DNA of 64,000 nucleotides from Nitrosopumilaceae archaeon. Its GTDB lineage: Archaea > Thermoproteota > Nitrososphaeria > Nitrososphaerales > Nitrosopumilaceae. Both the position numbers and the translations under genes were made by a program. Below the pieces are notes generated by a model. It was not told the origin of the DNA, did no database searches, and saw only the letters and a program-made list of their open reading frames with translations. Location: assembly GCA_965214835.1 (NCBI GenBank), contig CBDCCK010000002.1, forward strand, positions 320,001 to 384,000. Reading direction: 5' to 3'. Shown here piece by piece: positions 41,075-51,099 of this stretch (position 1 is the first letter of the stretch; each line of letters opens with the position of its first letter).

Positions 41075-42443
41075 ATCTCTTTCTCGACTTGCCCCTGGAT
41101 CTGCTGCCGCCCCTTGGGCCACTGTCTCCCGGCCCGCTCCTGCCAAAGCAGCTGCTGCAGTATACCGGCCTGTCCTGGCTTGGCTTGAACGGCAGCTCGC
41201 ACTCTGCACCGCACTCATCGCATGCTGCCCTGTGTACCGGACGCCTGCCGCCCCCTGTCCTTCTGCCGCCCCCGGAGCTCCTTCCAAACCTTGGGCTCCT
41301 GTCGCCGAATCTCTGCGGATCCTTTTTTGCCGGCTCGCTGTATTTTTTGCCGATTTCGTTCACCCTTACGCTCAGCTTTTCAAGTAATGTGTCGTTGAGT
41401 CCCCCTCCGTACACGTCAACCCTGGCTGCAATCGCCGCCTTTGCAGCGACCGCCCTTGCAATCTTTCCCCTCTGCCATCTGGGCGCCGAATGAACCATGG
41501 CGTGCTGGAACAGCAAACCGTGCTTTGGCGGTTGCGAGCCCGTCTTTAGCGCCCTGAATAGCGCCTTTTCTGCCCCTAGTACCTGGATGGTGCTTGCAGG
41601 AAGCGATGCCAGTTTTTTCAGGCTGCCGGCCCTTGCAAGCAATCTGGCACCCACCGCATCCCCCAGTATCGCTGACAGGTTTGGAGCAATCGCTTTCATC
41701 TGCTCCCCTAGGTGCTCCTCTAGGTTCCTTCTTAGCTGATGCATTTCCAGAATCTGCCTGGCCAGGCCCTGCACCATTGCAAGGTTTTCCCTTGAGATGT
41801 CTCCCCCCTTGCTTTTTTCCTGTACTAGCGTAAGCATCTCCACCTTGGATTCTGGAAACCCCGCATCCTCAAATGTTGATCTTGTCAGATCCTCCCTTTT
41901 TCCTGCCATGACGACCTGGGAATACCCGTTTATGCTGTCGATTAGGTTGTCCAACTCGGGAAAGTGCAGTCCGTACCATTCCCGCAGCCTGGAGCTTAGC
42001 ACATTGGCGATTTTATCAGCCTCGTCTAGAGAATTGATCGCCTGAATCACGTGCAGGTCTGCCCTCTCCGACGTCTCTGCAACCTTGCTGGATGACAATG
42101 ATACTGCAAAGTCTCGCAGCTTGCCCAGCGCATCCATTGGATCCTGTGCAAACTGCGCATCGACTAGCAGCTGGGGCTTTTTTGACTGTATTTCCTCCAT
42201 CTGGGATTCCTCCATCAGCTTGGCATCAAGATCCTTTTTCTTTAGAATAGACAGCAGTGATTCGTCGCTTACGGCAAACCCCATCTGCAGCTCCTCCATG
42301 TATCTGACCAAGTCGTTTGGGACGCCCTCCTTGCCTTTTACGGCCAGATACTGCCCCAGGGAGTCTGAGAATGGAAATGTCCTAGCTATGCTGCCTCCGT
42401 CTGAGACGATAATTCCCAGCTCTGTCAGAATCACAGAATGCAT
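41061..42443 (-). CDS. nop5: Box C/D sRNP protein Nop5/Nop56 with C-terminal CxxC-x17-CxxC domain
   Basis: REWYGLHFPEL, PASTIQVLGAEKALF, PKHG, RGKIAR; tail CDEC...PFKP...PVYCSSC. Confidence 0.95.
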   Translation of the reverse strand: MHSVILTELGIIVSDGGSIARTFPFSDSLGQYLAVKGKEGVPNDLVRYMEELQMGFAVSDESLLSILKKKDLDAKLMEESQMEEIQSKKPQLLVDAQFAQDPMDALGKLRDFAVSLSSSKVAETSERADLHVIQAINSLDEADKIANVLSSRLREWYGLHFPELDNLIDSINGYSQVVMAGKREDLTRSTFEDAGFPESKVEMLTLVQEKSKGGDISRENLAMVQGLARQILEMHQLRRNLEEHLGEQMKAIAPNLSAILGDAVGARLLARAGSLKKLASLPASTIQVLGAEKALFRALKTGSQPPKHGLLFQHAMVHSAPRWQRGKIARAVAAKAAIAARVDVYGGGLNDTLLEKLSVRVNEIGKKYSEPAKKDPQRFGDRSPRFGRSSGGGRRTGGGRRPVHRAACDECGAECELPFKPSQDRPVYCSSCFGRSGPGDSGPRGGSRSRGKSRKRFGRR

Positions 42444-42580
42444 GTAGAGAGGGATCTAAAGACCATTAAAAAAGGTATTAGATTTGCGGGGGTTGTCCAA
42501 AAAATTTTCCACAGGCTGGGTTGTGCAACCGGCTAATTTGAAACCAACTGTTATATTCGAAAGTACGCCACGACCTGAGA

Positions 42581-43492
42581 GTGGCACCTAGCATTGCAGC
42601 CTCCATTGGCAGGATCCGGCTGGAAAGACCCACCATTTTGGCCTCGGGAATACTGGGAATATCGCTTGACGTCTTCAATCGCCTGCATGATGCAGGCGCA
42701 GGGGCCGTCGTGACAAAGTCCCTTAGCAGCGAGCCATGGGAGGGGTATCCGAATCCGACTGTTTTCAGCGTTGGAGGCGGCGGGTGGATAAACGCGGTGG
42801 GACTCTCAAACCCGGGGGCCAAAAACTTTGCAGGCATGATCGAGCCAAACAGGGACGTGCCGATCATTGTCAGCTTGGTGGGTTCGGCAGAAAGTGACTT
42901 TGAGTCCATGATCGGGGAGTTTGAGCACTGCAATGTCACCGCGTACGAAATCAATCTCTCATGCCCCCATGTGGCACGGGTGGGCTTGGAGGTGGGTGAC
43001 GACCCTGATCTTGTCACCAGAATAGTATCGGCCGTCAAAAAAACGACCGATGCCCCCGTACTGGCCAAGGTCGGACTGGGAACCACGCATTACATCAATA
43101 CGGTAAGGTCTGCAATTGAGGGAGGGGCAGACGGAATTACCGCAATCAACACCATTCGGGCCATGGCAATAGACGCCGAGACTCAGCGACCCATCCTGTC
43201 TAACAAGATCGGCGGCCTTTCTGGCACCCCAATCAAGCCCGTAGCACTGCGCTGTGTCTTTGAAATCGCATCAAAATATGACATTCCGGTTGTCGGCTGC
43301 GGCGGGATTTCAACGTGGGAGGACGCAGTCGAGTTCATCCTGGCAGGCGCATCGGCCGTACAGCTTGGCAGTGCCGTCGGGGACAACTGGATTGAGGCGT
43401 TTGGACAAATCAACTCCGGCATTGCCTCCTACATGGAGCGAAAGGGATATTCAAGCATAGGGGAGATGGTCGGCATTGCACAGAGATCCTAG
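42581..43492 (+). CDS. pyrD: Dihydroorotate dehydrogenase, catalytic subunit
   Basis: ASG, NAVGLSNPG, NLSCPH, GGLSG, GGI. Confidence 0.95.
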   Translation: MAPSIAASIGRIRLERPTILASGILGISLDVFNRLHDAGAGAVVTKSLSSEPWEGYPNPTVFSVGGGGWINAVGLSNPGAKNFAGMIEPNRDVPIIVSLVGSAESDFESMIGEFEHCNVTAYEINLSCPHVARVGLEVGDDPDLVTRIVSAVKKTTDAPVLAKVGLGTTHYINTVRSAIEGGADGITAINTIRAMAIDAETQRPILSNKIGGLSGTPIKPVALRCVFEIASKYDIPVVGCGGISTWEDAVEFILAGASAVQLGSAVGDNWIEAFGQINSGIASYMERKGYSSIGEMVGIAQRS

Positions 43493-44288
43493 CCGTCATA
43501 CAATTGTCACGATTGAAAAGGTGGTTGACGAATCCCCCACCGTCAGAACGCTGGTATTCTCCGATGATGTGATGCCGACTGCAAGGCCGGGGCAGTTTGC
43601 CATGGTCTGGGTGCCCGGCGTAAACGAGCTTCCGATGAGCGTCATGATTTCCATGGAGCCTGGCAGGGCTGCGTTTACCGTCAGAAGGCATGGCCCTGCC
43701 TCCACCGGGCTTTACAATACCACGGTCGGCGCGCAAATCGGAATACGCGGGCCGTATGGCAACTCGTTTGAGCTCAAGCCCGGAAAAATCATGCTGGTGG
43801 GCGGCGGAACCGGCCTTGTCCCGCTGATGAGGCTGCTTGCAGCCGTGCAGCCAGACCATGACGCCACCGTGCTCATCGGGGCAAGGACCAAGGACGAAGT
43901 GTTCTTTGAAGACCTGGCAGGCAAGCTGCTGGCAAACAACGCCCACCGGATAATCGTGACCACCGAGGACGGAACATACGGCCGAAAGGGGCTAGTTACT
44001 GACACAGCCGACAGGCTGATCGGGGAGCAGGAGTTTGATGCCGTATACACGTGCGGTCCCGAAATCATGATGTACAAGACCGTCGAGCTTGCATATTCCA
44101 GGGGAATATTCGTCCAGGCAAGCCTTGAGCGCATGATGAAGTGCGGGGTGGGAATCTGCGGAAGCTGCTGCGCCGGCCCTGATCTGGTCTGCCGCGACGG
44201 CACCGTTTTTGACGGCACACATCTGAGGAACAATCCTGAATTTGGACGCACCCACAGAAACAAGGCCGGAATACTTGAAAACTACTAA
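43476..44288 (+). CDS. pyrK: Dihydroorotate dehydrogenase electron-transfer subunit
   Basis: PGQF, RGPYG, GGGTG, CGPE, MKCGVGICGSC...C.DG. Confidence 0.95.
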   Translation: MHRDPSRHTIVTIEKVVDESPTVRTLVFSDDVMPTARPGQFAMVWVPGVNELPMSVMISMEPGRAAFTVRRHGPASTGLYNTTVGAQIGIRGPYGNSFELKPGKIMLVGGGTGLVPLMRLLAAVQPDHDATVLIGARTKDEVFFEDLAGKLLANNAHRIIVTTEDGTYGRKGLVTDTADRLIGEQEFDAVYTCGPEIMMYKTVELAYSRGIFVQASLERMMKCGVGICGSCCAGPDLVCRDGTVFDGTHLRNNPEFGRTHRNKAGILENY

Positions 44289-44295
44289 CTAGCGG

Positions 44296-44509
44296 GTAGG
44301 AGTTTGCCCCCTTCCAGTCTTCCCAGCAGTAACCCATAAGGTGGTTCTAAAACTCGAAACAGTCCAGACCAGGCTGCCTGCAGATCCGCATATGGCCGTC
44401 TGCACCGCGATAAGTCAGGCACATTTGGGAGGACCGTCCCAAAATACGGCATTGGGGGCACGGTGATCAAGGCCCTAGCCGGCAAGACAGGCGGGGGATA
44501 AGCTCTTAC
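44296..44509. mobile_element. GTA-type MITE carrying a nested CAG-type MITE (44315-44436)
   Basis: Outer ends GTAGGAGTTTGCCCC / GGGGATAAGCTCTTAC; inner ends CAGTCTTCCCA / TGGGAGGACCG with core GCCTGCAGATCCGCA. Confidence 0.75.
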
Positions 44510-44587
44510 CTCCGCCTAAGGGATAAAATCTTGCCCAACTAATTCCAGCAAGGTTTAAAATGAATCAATCAATTATTGCGGTGAAGG

Positions 44588-46315
44588 ATGATGGGTACAC
44601 CAAAGATCGTACTTACCGCAGATCGTACGCTGATGTCTCCATACCGCCACTTGTCCCTGGCGACGTTTTTCGGATGCGCCCCTGCCCTGGATCCGAACCG
44701 GGACAAGAGCAGCTTTTGGTATAAGATCCTCAAAAACCAAGTGACTCCCAAAATCCTGTTTGACTTTATCTGCAACTACATTCCTCACACCAACGGCGTG
44801 GCAAACTATGCCCCTTACGGGCTAAGAAAGGTAGAGGCCGGCTTGCTCCGTGACGGATTCAAGCGCGAGGAGGTCGTAGTAGCCCACCCCGATCATATTG
44901 AAAAGTTCATCGGTCCGGAAACGCAGGTTGTCGGAACATACGAGATGGATCCGCTGGGAATGGGCCCGGTTACCATGACCTTTACCTATGGCAGAAAGCA
45001 GACCTCATATGACGAGTTTTACAATGCCGAGCTTCACCATCGGATTAATGCGGCAAAAAAGAGGACCGGAAGCCGGGCAAAGGTGATTGCAGGCGCATCT
45101 GGCACCTGGCAGTACAACTATGCCCCCGAAAAAATTCAAGAATACGGCTTGTATGCTGTCCTGGAAGGCGAGCTGGGCGGAATCGCACCAGAAATAGACG
45201 GCCATGCCGGCAGGTTCTTCAGCTATCTGATGAACGGTGACTTTGAGAACATGGATCCGTTTAGAAAGCGAAGTGATTTCAAGGTAAACATCAAGGAGTT
45301 TGAAAGAAACGGGGAAAAGCTCCACGGACGGTTTGTCAACTTTTGGGATCGCCCGGATCTGGACGAGATTCCGGAAATCGTCGAGCCTAGCATGCACGGC
45401 ATGATCGAGGTCATGCGCGGCTGCGGCCGGGGATGCAAGTTCTGCGACGTGACACTGCGCTCGCTGAGATACTATCCCCCGGAGAAGGTCAAAAAAGAGA
45501 TCGAGGTAAACATCAAAAAAGGCGGCGAAAAGTCTGCATGGGTTCACAGCGACGACATCTTCGTATACGGGATGGATCCGCGGACCGCAAAGGGCATGGA
45601 GCCAAATCGGGAGGCGCTAGAGGATCTGTTCACCGCAATCATGTCTGCAGGAGTGGAGCACACCAATCCCACCCACGGGACGCTGGCAGGTGCCATTGCA
45701 GATGAAAAGCTGATTCCAAACCTGTCTGGGATCATAAAGTCTAATGCAGAAAACATGACCGGCATCCAGTGCGGCTTTGAGACCGGCAGTCTGAGACTGA
45801 TCGACAAGTATGCGGACAGAAAGCTTGCGCCCTACAAGCCAGAGGAATGGCACTGGGTGGTCAAGGAGGGAATCAAGACACTCAACGAGAACTACTGGGT
45901 TCCTGCATTTACCCTGATCATGGGCCTAGACAACGACGAGACCCCTGAGGATTCTTGGGAGACCATCAGGATCATCCACGAGGTGGAGCAGGAGCAGCCC
46001 GACTCTATGTTCACGACTACCCCCCTCACGTTTGTTCCGATCGGACTGCTGGAAAAATCCGACTTTTTCAACATTGGAAACGAGATGGATCCCGCGCAGC
46101 TGGGCGTGATGTACAAGACATGGCAGCACAACTTCAAGTATGGAATCCAAAAGTTCATGACAAGGACCGGCGGCAAGGGGCTCCAGAGGTACTTTTTCAA
46201 CATGATTGCACGCTCGCTGGGCGGCGTCCCGCTTGGCGCCATGGAGAGATATGCGCGGCGAAAGGGCCGCGAGCACGAGCGCGTAATCGAGAAGGTAAAG
46301 GCCCAGTACTATTGA
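44588..46315 (+). CDS. Radical SAM protein
   Basis: RGCGRGCKFC (CxxxCxxC); APYGLRKVEA N-terminal domain; GFETGS. Confidence 0.9.
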   Translation: MMGTPKIVLTADRTLMSPYRHLSLATFFGCAPALDPNRDKSSFWYKILKNQVTPKILFDFICNYIPHTNGVANYAPYGLRKVEAGLLRDGFKREEVVVAHPDHIEKFIGPETQVVGTYEMDPLGMGPVTMTFTYGRKQTSYDEFYNAELHHRINAAKKRTGSRAKVIAGASGTWQYNYAPEKIQEYGLYAVLEGELGGIAPEIDGHAGRFFSYLMNGDFENMDPFRKRSDFKVNIKEFERNGEKLHGRFVNFWDRPDLDEIPEIVEPSMHGMIEVMRGCGRGCKFCDVTLRSLRYYPPEKVKKEIEVNIKKGGEKSAWVHSDDIFVYGMDPRTAKGMEPNREALEDLFTAIMSAGVEHTNPTHGTLAGAIADEKLIPNLSGIIKSNAENMTGIQCGFETGSLRLIDKYADRKLAPYKPEEWHWVVKEGIKTLNENYWVPAFTLIMGLDNDETPEDSWETIRIIHEVEQEQPDSMFTTTPLTFVPIGLLEKSDFFNIGNEMDPAQLGVMYKTWQHNFKYGIQKFMTRTGGKGLQRYFFNMIARSLGGVPLGAMERYARRKGREHERVIEKVKAQYY

Positions 46316-46428
46316 GTATTTCCGGATGTGGCCCGGCTCATGGCGGCGACGTGCGGATCTGCAGGCAGCCTAGCTTGAACTGTTCCGAGCTTGGAGGAGT
46401 TTTGCGGGGCACACCTTTGGGAAGACCG
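46314..46428. mobile_element. CAG-type MITE, degenerate
   Basis: Core GCGGATCTGCAGGC; right end TGGGAAGACCG; homologous to 28539-28658. Confidence 0.6.
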
Positions 46429-46431
46429 AGC

Positions 46432-46523
46432 GTACGAGGCCACCTACCCCCACCAGTCAGGCACGAATTAGCATGAATGATTGTGATCTTCACGCCTAGC
46501 TAGCAAGGGACGTGACCACATAC
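46432..46523. mobile_element. 92-bp MITE, GTATGTGGTCAC family
   Basis: Homologous to 28693-28785; exact 8-bp TSD GACCGAGC. Confidence 0.88.
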
Positions 46524-47119
46524 GACCGAGCAGTTATGCTGTATACCTTATGCGTATTTGTCAAAAATGACGCAAGAACTGCCTGGTTTTTTTGATCTGT
46601 GCCGATCACGCATAAATCCCAGTGTGGACCTCCCGGGTACCCGCCCAAAAATTGAATTCATAGGCTCCCATTGCGGCATCGTGTCACACACACCAAATCC
46701 CGTGTTGTCTGTGTGGTAAGCTGTCAAACTGAATGTGTGTGACAAACACTGGTTAGGCATGACATCTACAGGCATGCTGTGAAGATAGAGGTAAACGAGG
46801 AGCCGCTAAAGGAGATGGCCGAAAAACTCCAGACCATACCCAAACAAGTGACTACGGGTTTTTTGTATCAGCTGCCAGATTCTGTCTTTCTTCGGGCAAG
46901 AAATGACTAGCTAGATGGAGCCATGGAAAGGCTAATGAAATCTGCCGAAGCCGGCCATGTGATCAGTTCGCTGATTGATGAGTTCATGGAAGGCCGTGAT
47001 TCAGAATGCGGTCAAATCAGAACCCGACACCTGACGTGTCACATGGAGAATAAACACCCGCCAATGCCCCAGTTCCTGACTAGGCAAATACATAAATTCA
47101 CTCATGACTGTCTTAGACC

Positions 47120-47302
47120 ATGGCAACTCACGGATCCCTTACAAAGGCAGGCAAGGTAAGGGGGCAGACCCCAAAGGTTGAGGGGAGAAAAAGGGTAGGC
47201 ACAAGCTCCAGCCTTAGAAACAAGAGCAACTTCAAAAAGAGGTTTGTCCTGAACCGCATTCCAGGCCAGAACAAGCCCGGCCAAAGGAGAAAGAGACGAT
47301 AG
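47120..47302 (+). CDS. rps30e: 30S ribosomal protein S30e
   Basis: HGSLTKAGKVRGQTPKV. Confidence 0.95.
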   Translation: MATHGSLTKAGKVRGQTPKVEGRKRVGTSSSLRNKSNFKKRFVLNRIPGQNKPGQRRKRR

Positions 47303-47353
47303 CCACACCGTCAATCTGCACTGTTTTTATAACATCACCCATGCCATGCCCTT

Positions 47354-48175
47354 ATGCGGATTCCGCTGCTTGCGCTCATGATAACCTCAGGTGTGCTTTT
47401 TGGCATTTACCTGCCCCCTGCTGATGCCCAGTCCGGGGTAGCAGTCTCTGTTGCCCCTGACTCGAGCCGTCCAGGATGCGAGTTTGACGACCGCTGCTAC
47501 GTTCCCACATCCATAACGATCAGGGCCGGGGATGTGGTCACCTGGACAAACGACGATGCAATAGTGCATACCGTAAGCGAGTATGACGGCGATCTGTTTG
47601 ACAGCGGAATCATGCAGCCTGAGGACGTTTTTGAGTTTACGTTTGACAAGCCCGGCACATATGACTATTTTTGCCTGCTGCATCCCCACATGGTGGGGCA
47701 GGTAACAGTCAGAGACGCCACCGAGGCCAAGTCCCAGGGATCCTCCGTGCCCAAGCCCGAGTTTGTAATTGTAGGATCTGAACCTGACACGACCGATAGC
47801 GGATGCCTGGTTGCAACTGCCGCGTTTGGAACAGAGCTTGCGCCCCAAGTGCAGCTGCTTCGGGAAATCCGGGACGATATCCTTTACAGTACGGCATCGG
47901 GCACTGCGTTTATGACTGGATTCAACCATCTTTACTATTCGTTTTCCCCGACGGTTGCTGACTGGCAGCGGCAAAACCCCACCCTCAAGGAGGCAGTCAA
48001 GATGGCAATCACCCCGATGATATACACTCTTGATATCATGGGCCTGGCAGATCAAGACTCCGAGATAGAGGTCTTGGGATATGGGATCTTGCTGATTGCG
48101 CTGAACCTGGCAGTGTACGCCGGGATTCCCGCAGGCGCAACATTTGCAGCCAGGAGGCGCTTCCTGACCGGCTAG
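47354..48175 (+). CDS. Blue (type 1) copper protein with CFI-box C-terminal domain
   Basis: Signal peptide, WTN.D...HTV, YFCLLHPHM; GCLVATAAFGTELAPQVQLLREIRD plus TM. Confidence 0.9.
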   Translation: MRIPLLALMITSGVLFGIYLPPADAQSGVAVSVAPDSSRPGCEFDDRCYVPTSITIRAGDVVTWTNDDAIVHTVSEYDGDLFDSGIMQPEDVFEFTFDKPGTYDYFCLLHPHMVGQVTVRDATEAKSQGSSVPKPEFVIVGSEPDTTDSGCLVATAAFGTELAPQVQLLREIRDDILYSTASGTAFMTGFNHLYYSFSPTVADWQRQNPTLKEAVKMAITPMIYTLDIMGLADQDSEIEVLGYGILLIALNLAVYAGIPAGATFAARRRFLTG

Positions 48176-48252
48176 CCCAAAAACAGGCTCTGGCAAATCT
48201 TCGGTGTTTTTCAATTGAGTGCTATGGTGGCGACTAAAAGTTTTCGAACAAT

Positions 48253-48332
48253 AGACTTTATGCGTAATCGACCTGAATGAGATGGATTTGTTCGTAATAA
48301 TCCTAGATCTGAGCCGATTACGCATAAAGTCT
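48253..48332. mobile_element. 80-bp MITE derived from the IS5/ISL2-type IS
   Basis: TIRs AGACTTTATGCGTAATCG / CGATTACGCATAAAGTCT; TSD AAT. Confidence 0.92.
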
Positions 48333-48486
48333 AATAGGTGAAAAGCGGTACTCAGTCAAACTGAGCAAGAGCAAGTTTGCCAGTTGAACGCATCACTCGA
48401 CGGTTAACACGGGGAATTATCACGCTATAAGTTAACAGAACCGCAAAACACAATCTTTATAATGTACTGGTACCGTACCTTACGGT

Positions 48487-49689
48487 ATGGAATTAGAAGC
48501 ATTCAATTTGTCTGACCTCGAAGGCGTAGGTCCGGTAACCAAGAAAAAACTAGAAGATGCAGGAATTAACACTCTTATGGATTTGGTAGTAAGAGGGCCT
48601 GTAGAGCTTGAAGAACTGTCAAGCATGACTTCTGAAACGTGCGAGAAGATAGTCACTCATGCACGTAAGCAACTAGCAGAATCAGGCGCAATTACCAAGG
48701 AATTTGCAACTGCCTCTGAAATTTACACCAGACGCAAGTCAATTGGCAAAGTTAGCACCTGTACTGATGCGCTAGATGAACTCCTAGGCGGTGGTGTTGA
48801 AACACAGGCTGTCACCGAAGTATATGGCGAGTTTGGTTCAGGAAAAACACAGCTTTGTCACACACTATGTGTCAGTACACAAAAACCAAAGGAGGAAGGC
48901 GGCCTTGGTGGCAGTGTCCTCTACATAGATACCGAGGGAACATTCAGGCCTGAAAGAATTGTCTCAATTGCACAAGCCCATAACATGGATCCTGTCGAGG
49001 TATTAGATAGAATCATCGTCGCAAGGGCATACAACAGCTCTCATCAGGTTTTGATTCTTGAGGAGGCAGGAAAAATGATCCAGGAGGAAAACGTCAAACT
49101 GATCATTTCAGACTCCACAACCGGCCTGTTCAGAATGGAATACTTAGGTCGTGGAACCTTGGCAAGCAGACAGCAAAAACTTGGCAGATACATTAGACTC
49201 TTGGCAAGAATTGCAGAAGCATACAACTGTGCCGTTGTTGCAACAAACCAGGTCTCCTCCAGTCCTGACTCGTTCTTTGGAGATCCAACCCGTCCTGTAG
49301 GAGGCAACATACTTGGACATGCAAGCACTTACAGAATCTACATCAGAAAGGGCGGAAAGAACAAGCGGGTTGCAAAAATGGTAGACTCTCCACACCATGC
49401 ACTATCTGAGGCAGTCTTTGAGCTGGGAGAGATGGGCGTACAGGATACCGAAGAACACCTCAAACAGGTTGAGAAAGATGCCGCAAAAGCCGAAAAAGCC
49501 GCTACAAAAGAAGCCGAAAAGGCTGCAAAAGAGGCTGACAAAGCAACCAAAAAAGCAGAGCGTGAATCTGCAAAACAGACCAAAGCCAAGCCAGCAGTTG
49601 AGACTACAAAAGCGCCACAAGAGATCCCAGAACCTGAGACCGTAAGCGCTGAAGTCGAAATTGACGACTTTGAGCCTACAGAAGAATAA
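48487..49689 (+). CDS. radA: DNA repair and recombination protein RadA with charged C-terminal tail
   Basis: GEFGSGKTQ, IDTEGTFRPER, YLGRG.LASRQQKL, TNQV. Confidence 0.97.
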   Translation: MELEAFNLSDLEGVGPVTKKKLEDAGINTLMDLVVRGPVELEELSSMTSETCEKIVTHARKQLAESGAITKEFATASEIYTRRKSIGKVSTCTDALDELLGGGVETQAVTEVYGEFGSGKTQLCHTLCVSTQKPKEEGGLGGSVLYIDTEGTFRPERIVSIAQAHNMDPVEVLDRIIVARAYNSSHQVLILEEAGKMIQEENVKLIISDSTTGLFRMEYLGRGTLASRQQKLGRYIRLLARIAEAYNCAVVATNQVSSSPDSFFGDPTRPVGGNILGHASTYRIYIRKGGKNKRVAKMVDSPHHALSEAVFELGEMGVQDTEEHLKQVEKDAAKAEKAATKEAEKAAKEADKATKKAERESAKQTKAKPAVETTKAPQEIPEPETVSAEVEIDDFEPTEE

Positions 49690-49724
49690 CCTCCTCTTTT
49701 CTCTTTTTATTATACGCACAAGTG

Positions 49725-49841
49725 GTAACAGGTTAGCCCCTGCCTAGAGTTGGAATTGCGTCCCTTGCCGGACAGGCATGAAAATCACAACTGCAGGCAG
49801 ACTCGTACCTGATTGCTGCCTAGGTAAGGGCTAACCTGTAC
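49725..49841. mobile_element. 117-bp GTAA-type MITE
   Basis: TIRs GTAACAGGTTAGCCC / GGGCTAACCTGTAC; TSD CACAAGTG/CATAAGTG. Confidence 0.82.
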
Positions 49842-49882
49842 CATAAGTGTTAAAATAGGGCCCTCGGGGCTCCTAGTCAGAT

Positions 49883-50182
49883 ATGGCAACCAAGAAAACC
49901 TCTGGCCGCTCTCACGGGTTTAGACACAAGTCTAGATCGGTCATGACAAAAAAGGCACCTCGCGGTGTTGCATTTTTGCTCCGAGAGTACGCCGAAGGGG
50001 ATCGTGCACTGGTAATTATCGACTCAAGACAACATAAAGGCCTGCCTCACAGGCGCTACCACGGCAAGGTGGGCACAGTCACAAGCGTAGGCAGGCGTGC
50101 AGTCACATTGGACGTCAAGTTGGGAAACAAAACAAAAACCTTAATCACTAGATATGACCATATCAAACCATTCGGTGTTTAG
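49883..50182 (+). CDS. rpl21e: 50S ribosomal protein L21e
   Basis: SHGFRHKSR, KGLPHRRYHGKVG, HIKP. Confidence 0.95.
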   Translation: MATKKTSGRSHGFRHKSRSVMTKKAPRGVAFLLREYAEGDRALVIIDSRQHKGLPHRRYHGKVGTVTSVGRRAVTLDVKLGNKTKTLITRYDHIKPFGV

Positions 50183-50184
50183 TC

Positions 50185-50511
50185 ATGGAAGAGGTAAAAA
50201 AGAAAAAGACCATCTCGGTTTCTGAAGTAAAAGAAATTCTTGGCAAGGGGGATCCAGAATCAATGGATCAAATTCAGCGCTGGACGTACGATTATGTCTC
50301 AAAATTTGTAACAATTGATCCTGCGGACGCTAAAAAAATAAAACAAAAACTAGTCAAGGAATGCGGGCTGACCGAAGAGGAGGCGGTGGAAATAGTAAAC
50401 ATCAGGCCGACAACGCTGGCCGAACTTCGCTCATTTACCTTCGGCTGGAAAAAACTCATCCTTGCGGAGACCCTTGAGAAAATGCTCAAAATCATCAAGG
50501 AGCACTCCTAG
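50185..50511 (+). CDS. rpo4: RNA polymerase subunit Rpo4 (F)
   Basis: IVNIRP...ELRS; conserved L21e-rpoF-DUF655-ksgA order. Confidence 0.9.
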   Translation: MEEVKKKKTISVSEVKEILGKGDPESMDQIQRWTYDYVSKFVTIDPADAKKIKQKLVKECGLTEEEAVEIVNIRPTTLAELRSFTFGWKKLILAETLEKMLKIIKEHS

Positions 50512-50532
50512 GTTCCAGGGGCGGATCTTATC

Positions 50533-51099
50533 TTGCAAAGGGCAAACGCGCCATCAAGAAAGTACGAAGAACACGCATACGTGCTAGACTTTAACACCCG
50601 CGGCAGGTCAACAACCGTCCGGGGGCGGGAGGGAATCATCATCACCGCAATCGGGGAGGACAGGCTCACGCTGCTTGAGGTATTGGGAGCTCCAAACTCC
50701 TCCTTTGATGTTGCCGAGAGGATCTACATCGGGAAGGAGGGACGAACCAAAGTCCTGTCTGTTCTGGGCAAAATGGACTATGACAACCTGTCGAATCCTG
50801 CACAAAATGAACTGCCGGCGGTTGTCGAGTACATCGTCACAAACAACGAACAAAGGTTTGTGGACTATCTGAACAATGCAGGGCCACTTACTCCTCGAAT
50901 CCATGCACTGGAGCTTATACCCGGAATTGGCAAGACCTACATGAAGGCAATGCTGGATGAGAGGGATCGCAAGAAATTCGAAAGCTATGCCGACTTGCAG
51001 GACAGGGTAGGGTTCAAGGAGCCAGTCAAGCAAATCTCAAAACGCATCATGGACGAAATCACCGGAGAGATCAGGATGAACCTCTTTGTAAAGCGATGA
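50533..51099 (+). CDS. DUF655 family RNA-binding protein
   Basis: YEEHAYVLD, RIHALELIPGIGK. Confidence 0.9.
   Translation: MQRANAPSRKYEEHAYVLDFNTRGRSTTVRGREGIIITAIGEDRLTLLEVLGAPNSSFDVAERIYIGKEGRTKVLSVLGKMDYDNLSNPAQNELPAVVEYIVTNNEQRFVDYLNNAGPLTPRIHALELIPGIGKTYMKAMLDERDRKKFESYADLQDRVGFKEPVKQISKRIMDEITGEIRMNLFVKR

Noticed and set aside
42479-42535. MITE between nop5 and pyrD
   Set aside because: Only one end (GGTTGTGCAACCGGCT) matches the AGCCTGTTG family; no partner TIR found.
46548-47100. Possible ncRNA or small genes upstream of rps30e
   Set aside because: No recognisable RNA structure or protein motif; looks like decayed sequence.
49440-49689. RadA C-terminal extension as an intein or separate domain
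   Set aside because: Low-complexity K/A/E tail with no intein motifs.
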